From Candidatus Methylomirabilia bacterium (lineage in GTDB: Bacteria; Methylomirabilota; Methylomirabilia; Rokubacteriales; CSP1-6), in NCBI GenBank assembly GCA_046758965.1, contig JBHIBG010000041.1, positions 1 through 22,460 of the forward strand: a stretch of 22,460 nt of DNA, read 5' to 3'. Positions 1 to 8,143 of the stretch are shown here, piece after piece. The position numbers and the translations under genes are program-made. The number at the start of each line of letters is the position of its first letter. Within the stretch, counting starts at the first letter, position 1. Below the pieces are notes generated by a model. It made no database searches, was not told the DNA's origin, and saw nothing but the letters and a program-made list of their open reading frames with translations.

Positions 1-80
1 GAGACGGCCGCGCGGGTCAGCACTCCAGGAATCCCGCCACGCCCCTCAAGAACCCGCAGTTGGTGAGTCATGGCCCTCAT
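1..80 (-). CDS. Possible 5' end of a gene downstream of pilA, truncated by the window edge (MRAMTHQLRVLEGRGGIPGVLTRAAV...)
   Basis: ATGs at 80 and 71 are in one frame that stays open to position 1. Same orientation as pilA. Too short to recognise. Confidence 0.3.
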   Translation of the reverse strand, partial: MRAMTHQLRVLEGRGGIPGVLTRAAV

Positions 81-151
81 CCGCTGATTTCCAGCCCCTC
101 TGCAAGTTCTACGCCGAGAGGGAAAAGTGGAGAGGCCAGTTTCGGGGTGGC

Positions 152-559
152 TTACGGAGCGGATGCCGTGGCGCCGTCGCCGGTGGAGGAGACGGTGTAG
201 GACCCAGCAGCGGTATTGAGCGAAAGGGAGTAGGCGACCCAGCCGCCACCTCCAGGCGGGGCCGGGATCTGAGCCATGAACGGACCCGCCGTAACGCCAT
301 TGGGAGCGGCCGCAGTGACAGTCAACGCGGCCAGGTTGGGCGGAAGGACCTCCATGTGGGAGGTGTAGGTCGACACGGCACCAGCCAGCGTCCGCGTATC
401 TGCCTCAGCCTTGGCGACCCGCGCCCGTACCTGCATGTTGGCATAGAGCGGGATGGCGATCGCTGCCAGGATGCCGACAATGGCCACCACGATCATCAGC
501 TCGATGAGTGTGAAGCCCCGCTGGTTTCCGAACACGACCTGTTTCCTCCAGAGTCGCAT
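152..559 (-). CDS. pilA: Type IVa major pilin (135 aa prepilin, 15 aa leader, about 120 aa mature)
   Basis: Class III signal [26 protein letters not shown] with E5 and P22. Start moved to ATG 559, which has a purine-rich RBS; the ORF-track ATG 631 lies inside the sigma54 promoter. Lies in the pilBTCSR cluster. Confidence 0.9.
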   Translation of the reverse strand: MRLWRKQVVFGNQRGFTLIELMIVVAIVGILAAIAIPLYANMQVRARVAKAEADTRTLAGAVSTYTSHMEVLPPNLAALTVTAAAPNGVTAGPFMAQIPAPPGGGGWVAYSLSLNTAAGSYTVSSTGDGATASAP

Positions 560-619
560 GATGTCCCCGCCTTTCCCTCTCCTCCTACTGCGGCAACTTG
601 CCTGACACGCTGATTGATT

Positions 620-635
620 AGCAGCTTCCATGCCA
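620..635 (-). promoter_or_regulatory. Sigma54 (-24/-12) promoter of pilA
   Basis: Minus strand reads TGGCATGGAAGCTGCT, an exact GG-N10-GC spacing. It is about 60 bp upstream of the pilA ATG, and PilR (a sigma54 activator) is encoded nearby. Confidence 0.88.
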
Positions 636-647
636 GCTTCGAAACCC

Positions 648-700
648 CTACAAATAGATTATAAGTATAAGAAAAGTAACGGAAAAAAATTCTTCCCTTT
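648..700 (-). promoter_or_regulatory. AT-rich bending region with an IHF-like site between the promoter and the activator sites
   Basis: AATCTATTTGTAG (660..648) has 2 mismatches to WATCAANNNNTTR and is flanked by A/T tracts, at the position usual for sigma54 promoters. Confidence 0.45.
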
Positions 701-731
701 TCGCTCTCGACTGGAAGCCGCCAACTAATGT

Positions 732-762
732 GACAAGAACTGTAAGTCTGACATATTTTGTC
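732..762. promoter_or_regulatory. Tandem candidate PilR upstream activator sites
   Basis: GACA-AGAAC-TGTA (732-744) and GACA-TATTT-TGTC (750-762): GACA-N5-TGTC dyads about 100-130 bp upstream of the -24 box. Confidence 0.55.
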
Positions 763-844
763 GCTGTGCCGCGGCAGAAAATCCGGAGCGCGCCTGGACG
801 GCACAGTCCACCAGGCAGGCCTGCAGCAGGATGGGACCCCTCAG

Positions 845-873
845 GGGACAGCCGTGGTACAAAGGAGTATAAA
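845..873 (+). promoter_or_regulatory. Putative sigma70 promoter of the methyltransferase-GT2 operon
   Basis: GGGACA-N17-TATAAA, ending 14 nt before ATG 888. Confidence 0.4.
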
Positions 874-887
874 AACGTGTTGACGCG

Positions 888-1586
888 ATGGACGTGACAG
901 ACGCGCCCCGGACCACCTACACGCTCAAGCCCGACCCGTACAGCAGCCATTCCGTCATCCTCAGCTGGCTCTCTGAAGGGCGGGGCCGCCGGCTCCTGGA
1001 TGTAGGAGCCGCAGACGGCCTCCTGAGCCGGCCCCTGGCAGAGCACGGCTGGCGCGTGACCGGCATCGAGCGTGATCCAGCCCTGGCGGCGGCAGGGGCG
1101 GCGCACTGCGAGCGGATGCTGGTGGTGGATCTGGACCGGGAGGCTCCCGACCTCGACGGCCCGTTTGACGTCATCGTTTATGCAGACGTGCTGGAGCACC
1201 TCATCGACCCGGTCCGCGCGCTCGTGACGGTCAACCGGACACTCGCGCCTCATGGGCACGTCATCATCTCGGTCCCCAATGTGGCGCATCTCTGGATCCG
1301 GCTCTCGCTGCTACTGGGCCGCTTCGAGTACACGGACCGCGGCATCCTGGACCGCACACACCTCAGGTTCTTCACGGGGCGATCCCTGCGCAGGCTCATC
1401 GCGGACGCCGGGCTTCGGAGCGTTCGCCGCACCACGACGCCGACGCCGCTCTACCAGGTCGTGCCGGCCCGGTTTCACGGCGCCTGGCTCGCGGGAATTC
1501 ACGCGGGCAGTGCGGTTGCGGCGAGATGGCTGCCACGGCTGCTCGGCTACCAGTTCGTCGTCCTCGCGCGCCTGGGGAGCAGCTGA
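888..1586 (+). CDS. Class I SAM-dependent methyltransferase (type often associated with surface glycan loci)
   Basis: Motif I LLDVGAADG, FDVIVYADVLEHL, VIISVPNVAH and GILDRTHLRFFT. Stop overlaps the GT2 start (TGATG). Confidence 0.88.
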   Translation: MDVTDAPRTTYTLKPDPYSSHSVILSWLSEGRGRRLLDVGAADGLLSRPLAEHGWRVTGIERDPALAAAGAAHCERMLVVDLDREAPDLDGPFDVIVYADVLEHLIDPVRALVTVNRTLAPHGHVIISVPNVAHLWIRLSLLLGRFEYTDRGILDRTHLRFFTGRSLRRLIADAGLRSVRRTTTPTPLYQVVPARFHGAWLAGIHAGSAVAARWLPRLLGYQFVVLARLGSS

Positions 1587-2416
1587 TGAAGCCGAAGGTC
1601 GTGGTCGTCATGCCGGCGTACAACGCTGGACGGACGCTCCGGATGACCTATGAGGAGCTTCCGAAGGACACCGTGAGCCTCGTGATCCTCGTGGATGACG
1701 GGTCCACCGATGCCACGCTCGAGGTCGCGCGACAGCTCGGGCTCGAGATCTTCGTCCACGACCGGAACTACGGCTACGGCGCGAACCAGAAGACCTGCTA
1801 CGCGGAAGCGTTGCGGGCCGGGGCCGACATCGTGGTCATGGTTCACCCCGACTACCAGTACGACCCGACGCTGGTACCACACCTTATCACCCCGATCGCC
1901 AGCGGGCGGGCCGACGTGGTGCTCGGCTCGCGCCTCAAGGGCGGCTCGGCCATCGCTCAGGGCATGCCGTGGTGGAAGTTTGTTTCCAACCGCGTGCTCA
2001 CCGTGCTCGAAAACCTCGTCTTTGGGCTCTCACTGTCCGAGTTCCACACCGGCTACCGCGCATTTCGGCGCGAGGTGCTCGAGACCGTGAACTTCAGCAT
2101 GAACTCGGACGGTTTCATCTACGACCAGGAGATCCTCGCTCAAGTCGTTGCGGCCGGCTTTCGCATCGCCGAGATTCCGGTTCCCACCCGCTACTTCCCG
2201 GAGGCATCCTCGGCCAGTTTTGCGACTTCGGTGGTGTACGGGCTCCGGATCCTCTCGCTCCTCTTCTGGTTCACGCTTCATCGGGCCGGGATTCGCCGGT
2301 CGCTCCGCTTCGAAAGCCTCCGCGCCCGGTATACCCGCATGCCGTCCGACCCGACCCACCCAACGCCCAGCGGATCTCCACCGGATTACCGCTCAGTCCC
2401 AGAAGCGGAGGAGTGA
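1586..2416 (+). CDS. GT2 glycosyltransferase, DPM1/polyprenol-phosphate sugar synthase-like
   Basis: VVVMPAYNA, VDDGSTD, NYGYGANQK, HPDYQYDP, VVLGSR and EFHTGYRAF. True start is ATG 1586, coupled to the upstream stop. Confidence 0.88.
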   Translation: MKPKVVVVMPAYNAGRTLRMTYEELPKDTVSLVILVDDGSTDATLEVARQLGLEIFVHDRNYGYGANQKTCYAEALRAGADIVVMVHPDYQYDPTLVPHLITPIASGRADVVLGSRLKGGSAIAQGMPWWKFVSNRVLTVLENLVFGLSLSEFHTGYRAFRREVLETVNFSMNSDGFIYDQEILAQVVAAGFRIAEIPVPTRYFPEASSASFATSVVYGLRILSLLFWFTLHRAGIRRSLRFESLRARYTRMPSDPTHPTPSGSPPDYRSVPEAEE

Positions 2417-2485
2417 GGTTGGGCCGAGGACGAGGTCAGGCGAAGGGAGCTGGAGCGGCACGAGCGGCAGTGCGCCTGCCCGACC

Positions 2486-3910
2486 TCAGGAGGGCGGCGC
2501 ACCGCCTGAGTCCGGGTCGGGTCCCCGTCCGCGTCTGAGGTGATGTTTCTGGAGCTTGTAACGGAACTGGCGGAAGCTGACCCCGAGTAGTTCGGCAGCC
2601 CGGGTCTGGACGCCCCTGGCTTTCTTGAGGGCCTGCTCCAGGAGTGACCGCTCGATCTGCTCAAGGGTGGCCTCGAGGGCGAGCCCCCCCTCGGTGAGCT
2701 CCAGGGGCGGCGTCCGCGGCAGCCGATCGCGGTGGAGGGTGTCCGGAAGGGCGGCGGATGAGAGGAGCTCGTCCCCACCGAGGACGATGGCCCGCTCGAT
2801 GACATTTTCCAGCTCGCGGATGTTGCCCGGCCAGTCGTACTGCTCGAGAAGCTCCATGGCCTCGGGCGAGATGCCCCTCACCGCCCGGCCGAAGTCCGTC
2901 GAAAATTTCTGGAGGAAGTGCGAGACGAGAAGGGGGATGTCCCCCCGGCGCTCCCGAAGGGGTGGGAGTCGGACAGGGATCACGTTCAGCCGGTAGAAGA
3001 GGTCCTCGCGGAGAGCGCCGGACGTCACGGCCGCCTCCAGGTCCGAGTTGGACGCCGCGATCAACCGAACATCCACCTTCATGTCCTTCGTGTCCCCGAC
3101 CCGACGGATCGTCTTCTCCTGGATCGCCCGCAGGAGCTTCACCTGCAGAAACGGAGGGATCTCCGTGATCTCGTCGAGAAAGAGCGTTCCCCCGTCGGCC
3201 TCCTCGAAGAGGCCACGCTTGTGGGCCACGGCGCCCGTGAACGATCCCTTCATGTGCCCGAAGAGCTCCGACTCCATGAGCCCCTGGGGGATCGCCCCGC
3301 AGTTGACCGAGATGAATGGCTTGCCGCGGCGAGGATTGGTGATGTGGTAGTGAATGGCGGTCGCAATCAGCTCCTTGCCGGTCCCGCTCTCCCCGGTGAT
3401 CATCACGGTGGAGGAGCCCGCGGCCACCTTCTGGACGGTGTCAAAGACCTCCTTCATCCGCGGGCTCTTGGCGATGATGCCCTCGAACCTGTGCTCGAAG
3501 TTCACGACAAGGTCCTGCAGCCTCACGTTCTCGTCCACCAGCCGCTTGCGCTCCAGGGCGTTCTTAACGACCAGCAGGATCTCGTCGAGCTTGAAGGGCT
3601 TCGTGATGTAGTCGTATGCCCCGAGCTTCATGGCTTCCACCGCGGTTTCGATGGTCGAGAACGCCGTGATCATGATGACCGCCGTGTCGGGCGCAAGCTC
3701 TTTGACGACGCTCAGCACCTGGACGCCATCCACCTGCGGCATGCGGACATCGGCGATGACGAGATCGTAGCGCTCGCGGCGGACGGCCTCGATGGCGGCT
3801 TCTCCCCCATCGGCCAGGGCCACCTCATACCGCTGTTGCTTGAGGGTAATCCCCAGCAGCTCTCGCATACTTTTCTCATCGTCCGCGACCAGGATCCGCG
3901 CTTCCGCCAT
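2486..3910 (-). CDS. pilR: Sigma54-dependent response regulator PilR (REC-AAA+-HTH)
   Basis: Receiver domain, Walker A GESGTGKE, ESELFGHMKGSFTGA, WPGNIRELEN and HTH AAELLGVSFRQFRYKL. Follows the sensor kinase; SD GAGGAG. Confidence 0.9.
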   Translation of the reverse strand: MAEARILVADDEKSMRELLGITLKQQRYEVALADGGEAAIEAVRRERYDLVIADVRMPQVDGVQVLSVVKELAPDTAVIMITAFSTIETAVEAMKLGAYDYITKPFKLDEILLVVKNALERKRLVDENVRLQDLVVNFEHRFEGIIAKSPRMKEVFDTVQKVAAGSSTVMITGESGTGKELIATAIHYHITNPRRGKPFISVNCGAIPQGLMESELFGHMKGSFTGAVAHKRGLFEEADGGTLFLDEITEIPPFLQVKLLRAIQEKTIRRVGDTKDMKVDVRLIAASNSDLEAAVTSGALREDLFYRLNVIPVRLPPLRERRGDIPLLVSHFLQKFSTDFGRAVRGISPEAMELLEQYDWPGNIRELENVIERAIVLGGDELLSSAALPDTLHRDRLPRTPPLELTEGGLALEATLEQIERSLLEQALKKARGVQTRAAELLGVSFRQFRYKLQKHHLRRGRGPDPDSGGAPPS

Positions 3911-3928
3911 ACGGTCTCCTCAGCGCTC

Positions 3929-5668
3929 CTACCCGGGATGCTCCCGGCCCGGGACACCCCGCCGCGCTTGACGAGCAGACCTCGGGCCGTCCGGGCTGCT
4001 GCGCGAAGCTCCCGCCCGGATGACGTCCTCTCCCGGAGAAGCCGTCTGCGGAATCCTCAGCGTGAAGGTGGTGCCTGCCCCGGGAGCGCTCCATACATCG
4101 ACTTCGCCCCCGTGCTCCTCGACCACCCGGTGCACCACCGCCAGGCCCAGCCCGCTCCCCTCGGACTTCGTGGAGTAGAATGGCTCAAAGATATGAGGAC
4201 GGTCCTCGGCGCTGATCCCGCGGCCGGTGTCAGCTACCCAGACCTCGAGGTGCGGGGTACGTTCATGCTCGACGATCCTGGCGCCGATCCTGAGCTCGCC
4301 CCCCTCCGGCATGGCGTCCAGCGCGTTCGGGCAGAGGTTCCAGACAGCCTGCCGGAGTTGCTGCGCGTCCACGCAGGCTGAGAGCCCCTCCCCATACTCG
4401 CGAATGATCTTCACGTTCGGCGGGAGCGGCCGATGATCTAGCAGGAACAGGACTTCGTCGAGCATCTCCGTCAGGTTGACGGGCGCGAGCTGAAGCGGCG
4501 TCGGCCGAGCATACTCCAGGAAGTCCCGAATGATCCGGTCGAGCCGATCCGACTCGCGGAGGGCGATCTCTGTGAGGCGGACGCCGGTCTCGTCGCCGGG
4601 AGCCAGCTGTCTGGAGAGGGCCTCAATGGCCCCGGCCAGGGAGCCAAGGGGGTTGCGAATCTCGTGGGCCATGTTCGCCGCGAGCCGGCCCACGGCAGCC
4701 AGGCGGTCGGCCTGGCGGACCCGCTGCTCCATCTGCTTGATCTGGGAGAGATCCTGGCAGAGGCCGATAAGGCCCACCAAGCTCCCATGACCGGAACGGA
4801 GCGGCCAGAAGGCAATCCCGAGAGGGACCACCGCCCCGTCCTTGCGCCTCATCTGAAGCTCATGGCGAACGGCTTGGTAGTCCGGGTCGCCGACCGAGGC
4901 CCAGACCTGCTCAAGGGCCACCCCGTGTCCGAACAGCACCTGCCACTGCCGCCCCATCACCTCGGCGGCGGCAAACCCCGTGATCTCCTCCGCGGCGCGG
5001 TTGAAGGCGGTGATCCGTCCCCGGGGGTCCAGGGCAATGAGTCCCGAGCCCACTGACTCGAAAATCAGGTCCTTGAAGGCCTGGAGATCGCCGAGGTGGT
5101 CTTGCTGGATCGCCAGCTCCCGGTGAAGCTGCTGATACCGTTCGGCCAGTGTGCCCGTGAGAATGCCCACGACCAGGAAGACCCCGGCATTTATGAAAAT
5201 GGTGAGGACTTCGAGGGCAGTGGTTTCGGTAGGCTCGGCGATGAGGCTCAGCGGGAGCACCGTCCGGCCCAGCACGAGGCCGGCGTAGAGAAGACTCGCC
5301 AGGCCGGCAATGGCGAGTCCACCCGCCCGGGAGAGGACCACGCTGGCGGCCGTGATCGACAGGATATACAGGAACGCGAAGAGCGACTGCGGCCCGCCGG
5401 TCACGGCCACGATGGCGCTCACCAGCGCCACGTCGAGGGTCAGCTGGAGCCAGGCCCAGCGCCGGAGGTCGGCTGCCTTCGGCTCCCAGACCAGGGACAC
5501 ACTAGAGGCCGCCGCCGCGCCCAGAAGGCAGAGCGCGAACGGCCCGAGGTCAAAGGGAAGGGCACCCCACTGGCCCAGGACCACGCCAACCAGCAGCAAG
5601 GCCCCCGCGACCAGCAGGCGGGCTACCGCAAGCCGCCGGAGTAGCGCGGCGAAGTTTGTGGCAGTCAC
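3929..5668 (-). CDS. pilS: Sensor histidine kinase PilS (multi-TM, PAS, HisKA, HATPase)
   Basis: About 6 hydrophobic helices, PAS, H-box AHEIRNPL, DTGRGI, FEPFYSTK and GSGLGLA. Lies between pilC and pilR. Confidence 0.87.
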   Translation of the reverse strand: MTATNFAALLRRLAVARLLVAGALLLVGVVLGQWGALPFDLGPFALCLLGAAAASSVSLVWEPKAADLRRWAWLQLTLDVALVSAIVAVTGGPQSLFAFLYILSITAASVVLSRAGGLAIAGLASLLYAGLVLGRTVLPLSLIAEPTETTALEVLTIFINAGVFLVVGILTGTLAERYQQLHRELAIQQDHLGDLQAFKDLIFESVGSGLIALDPRGRITAFNRAAEEITGFAAAEVMGRQWQVLFGHGVALEQVWASVGDPDYQAVRHELQMRRKDGAVVPLGIAFWPLRSGHGSLVGLIGLCQDLSQIKQMEQRVRQADRLAAVGRLAANMAHEIRNPLGSLAGAIEALSRQLAPGDETGVRLTEIALRESDRLDRIIRDFLEYARPTPLQLAPVNLTEMLDEVLFLLDHRPLPPNVKIIREYGEGLSACVDAQQLRQAVWNLCPNALDAMPEGGELRIGARIVEHERTPHLEVWVADTGRGISAEDRPHIFEPFYSTKSEGSGLGLAVVHRVVEEHGGEVDVWSAPGAGTTFTLRIPQTASPGEDVIRAGASRSSPDGPRSARQARRGVPGREHPG

Positions 5669-5678
5669 CGTGAAGCGT

Positions 5679-6884
5679 CTAAATGACGGTCACCAGCTGG
5701 AAGATCGGCAGGTACATCGCCACAACGAGCCCCCCGATCATCACTCCGAGAAAGACGATCATCATCGGCTCCAGGAGCGACATCAACGTGCCCACGGCCG
5801 TATCCACTTCGTCGTCGTAGAAATCGGCGATCTTGCTCATCATGGTGTCCAGGGAGCCGGTCTGCTCCCCCACGTTGATCATCTGGATCACCATCGGAGG
5901 GAAGACGCCGGAGGCCTTGAGGGGGTCGGCGAGCGTCCTACCAGCCGTGACGGAAGCGCGGGTGGCTTCGATGGCCAGCTCGAGCACGGCGTTTCCGGCG
6001 GTCCGGGCGGTGATGCGGAGCCCTTCCAGGATCGGGACCCCGGAGGAGACCAGCGTCCCAAGCGTGCGCGTGAAGCGGGCGACAGCCACCTTCCGGATGA
6101 GCGGGCCGAAGACCGGCAGCTTGAGGAGGAGCCGGTCAATGACCAGCCGACCCCGCTCGGTCTTGTAGTAGGCCCGAAGCCCGTAAACCATTCCTACGAT
6201 GGCTCCGAACACCGCCCACCAGAACGAGATCATGAAGTTTGACATGGCCAGCACGATTCGTGTGGGGAGCGGGAGCGTGGCGCCGAGTTGGCTGAACATC
6301 TGGGCAAAGATGGGTATGACGAAGATCAGCATGAAGACGACGACCATCAGCGCCACCCCGACGATGGTGAAGGGGTACACCATAGCCCCCTTGACTTTTC
6401 GCTTCAGAGAGGCAGCCTTCTCGATGTAGGTGGCGAGGCGCTGGAGGATCACGTCCAGAACGCCCCCCGTCTCCCCCACCTCCACCAGGTTGGTGAACAG
6501 GTCATTGAAGGCCTTCGGGTGCCGCCGGAGGGCATCGGAAAGGGTGGCGCCCGCTTCCACGTCGCGAGCGACCTGGGCCGTCACTGTCCGGAGCGTGGGA
6601 GACTCGCTCTGCTCAGCCAGAATGCTCAGGCACTGGATCAGGGGGAGGCCAGCGTCAACCATGGTAGAAAACTGCCGGGTGAAGATCGTCAGATCCCGAT
6701 CCTTGACCTTGCCCCGCCCCGAGGCAGGCGCGGCCGCCGCCTTCCTCGCAGACGTCTCGCGCATGTTGGTAACCAAGATCTGCCGCTGGCGAAGTTGGGC
6801 GACGGCAGCTCGGCGATCCGGAGCCTCGATCTGTCCCCTCGTCGAGCCTTCCGCGGTCCGTCCCTGGTACGCGAATACTGGCAT
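5679..6884 (-). CDS. pilC: Type IV pilus platform protein PilC (GspF family)
   Basis: FTRQFSTMVDAGLPL, GETGGVLD, AMVYP, GEQTGSLD, LLEP and AMYLPIF. Confidence 0.95.
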   Translation of the reverse strand: MPVFAYQGRTAEGSTRGQIEAPDRRAAVAQLRQRQILVTNMRETSARKAAAAPASGRGKVKDRDLTIFTRQFSTMVDAGLPLIQCLSILAEQSESPTLRTVTAQVARDVEAGATLSDALRRHPKAFNDLFTNLVEVGETGGVLDVILQRLATYIEKAASLKRKVKGAMVYPFTIVGVALMVVVFMLIFVIPIFAQMFSQLGATLPLPTRIVLAMSNFMISFWWAVFGAIVGMVYGLRAYYKTERGRLVIDRLLLKLPVFGPLIRKVAVARFTRTLGTLVSSGVPILEGLRITARTAGNAVLELAIEATRASVTAGRTLADPLKASGVFPPMVIQMINVGEQTGSLDTMMSKIADFYDDEVDTAVGTLMSLLEPMMIVFLGVMIGGLVVAMYLPIFQLVTVI

Positions 6885-6908
6885 AGGTGATCTCCCTTCC
6901 TAACGCCC

Positions 6909-8024
6909 CTATCGCCTGGCGAATTGAGCGCCGGCGCCGATCTGGGCCGTCGCGGCTCTCGGAGCGACCAGAAGCTGCTGAAACTCCTCGAGATTCGTCG
7001 ATCGGCTCATCGCATCTTCCCGTGTGATGAGCCCCGCGTGGACGAGCCGAACAAGCCCCTGGTTCATAGTCTGCATCCCGAACTTTGTCCCCGCCTGCAA
7101 CGCGGAGTAGATCTGATGGATCTTCTCCTCCCGGATCAAGTTGCGGATGGCAGGGGTCATCACCATGATCTCGAGGCCCAGGACCAGGCCGCGGCCGTCC
7201 TCCCGGGGGATGAGCATCTGGGAGAGTACCCCCTCGAGCACCAGCGAGAGCTGCGACCGCACCTGCGGCTGCTGGTGGTTCGGGAAGACATCGATGATCC
7301 GGGTGATCGTCTGCGCGCACGAGTTGGTGTGGAGCGTGGCGAAGGTCAGGTGACCGGTCTCCGCAATGGTGAGGGTCGCCTGGATCGTCTCCAGGTCGCG
7401 CATCTCCCCCACCAGTACCACGTCCGGGTCCTGGCGGAGGACCGTCTTGAGCGCGTTCGTGAAGGAGTGGGTGTCGGAGTAGACCTCGCGCTGGTTCACC
7501 AGCCCCCGTTTGTGCGGGTGGACGAACTCGACGGGATCCTCGATTGTCATGATATGCCCGGCCCGCTTCGTGTTGATCTTGTCGATCAGGGCGGCCAGCG
7601 TGGTGGATTTGCCGGCTCCCGTCGGCCCGGTGACCAGGACCAGCCCCTTGGGACGGTCCGCGAGCTCCTGGACGACCGGCGGAAGCCCCAGTTCCTCGAA
7701 CGACCGGATCCTGAACGGGATCGTCCGGAAGGCTGCCCCGACCGCCCCTCGCTGGCGGTAGACGTTCGCCCGGAAACGAGCGAGGTCCTGGATGCCGAAA
7801 GAAAGATCCAGCTCGTTCGTTTCTTCGAACTTCTGCCTCTGCGACTCGTTCAGCACGCTGTAGGCCAACCGCTGGGTGTCCTGGGGCGAGAGCACCTCGA
7901 ACTCCGTCAGGGGGATCAACGCGCCGTTGATCCGGAGCTGGGGGTGGGTCCCCGCGGTGATGTGAAGGTCCGAGGCTCCACGCTGGATCACGATGGACAA
8001 GAGATCCCGCATCGTTGCCGCCAT
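6909..8024 (-). CDS. pilT: Pilus retraction ATPase PilT
   Basis: GASDLH, Walker A GPTGAGKST, TIEDPVE, LRQDPDVVLVGEMRD, His boxes, AIRNLIRE and GMQTM. Confidence 0.96.
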   Translation of the reverse strand: MAATMRDLLSIVIQRGASDLHITAGTHPQLRINGALIPLTEFEVLSPQDTQRLAYSVLNESQRQKFEETNELDLSFGIQDLARFRANVYRQRGAVGAAFRTIPFRIRSFEELGLPPVVQELADRPKGLVLVTGPTGAGKSTTLAALIDKINTKRAGHIMTIEDPVEFVHPHKRGLVNQREVYSDTHSFTNALKTVLRQDPDVVLVGEMRDLETIQATLTIAETGHLTFATLHTNSCAQTITRIIDVFPNHQQPQVRSQLSLVLEGVLSQMLIPREDGRGLVLGLEIMVMTPAIRNLIREEKIHQIYSALQAGTKFGMQTMNQGLVRLVHAGLITREDAMSRSTNLEEFQQLLVAPRAATAQIGAGAQFARR

Positions 8025-8143
8025 TAGCTCACCTCACTCAGTACGTTGGTCACAGTGTGGTCTCGGACCCTCGCGGATGCCACCCGCGGGGCACCCTCCC
8101 GAGGGCCTCGTGCACCCGCTGCCGGGGAGCTCCCGGCCGGGGA

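Noticed and set aside
152..559. Possible electrically conductive pilin, given the Geobacter-like gene order
   Set aside because: Only about 7 F/Y/W in 120 residues (about 6%), no aromatic at position 27, and long aromatic-free gaps.
560..631. Longer pilA start at ATG 631
   Set aside because: Lies inside the sigma54 promoter and would give an atypical 39-aa leader.
2432..2487. Imperfect inverted repeat and GAGCGGCA duplication between GT2 and pilR
   Set aside because: Large loop, bulges and no U-tract; cannot be supported as a terminator or repeat element.
8025..8143. GC-rich hairpins between pilB and pilT as a riboswitch/ncRNA
   Set aside because: Short stems are expected at this GC content, and no known RNA motif was recognised.
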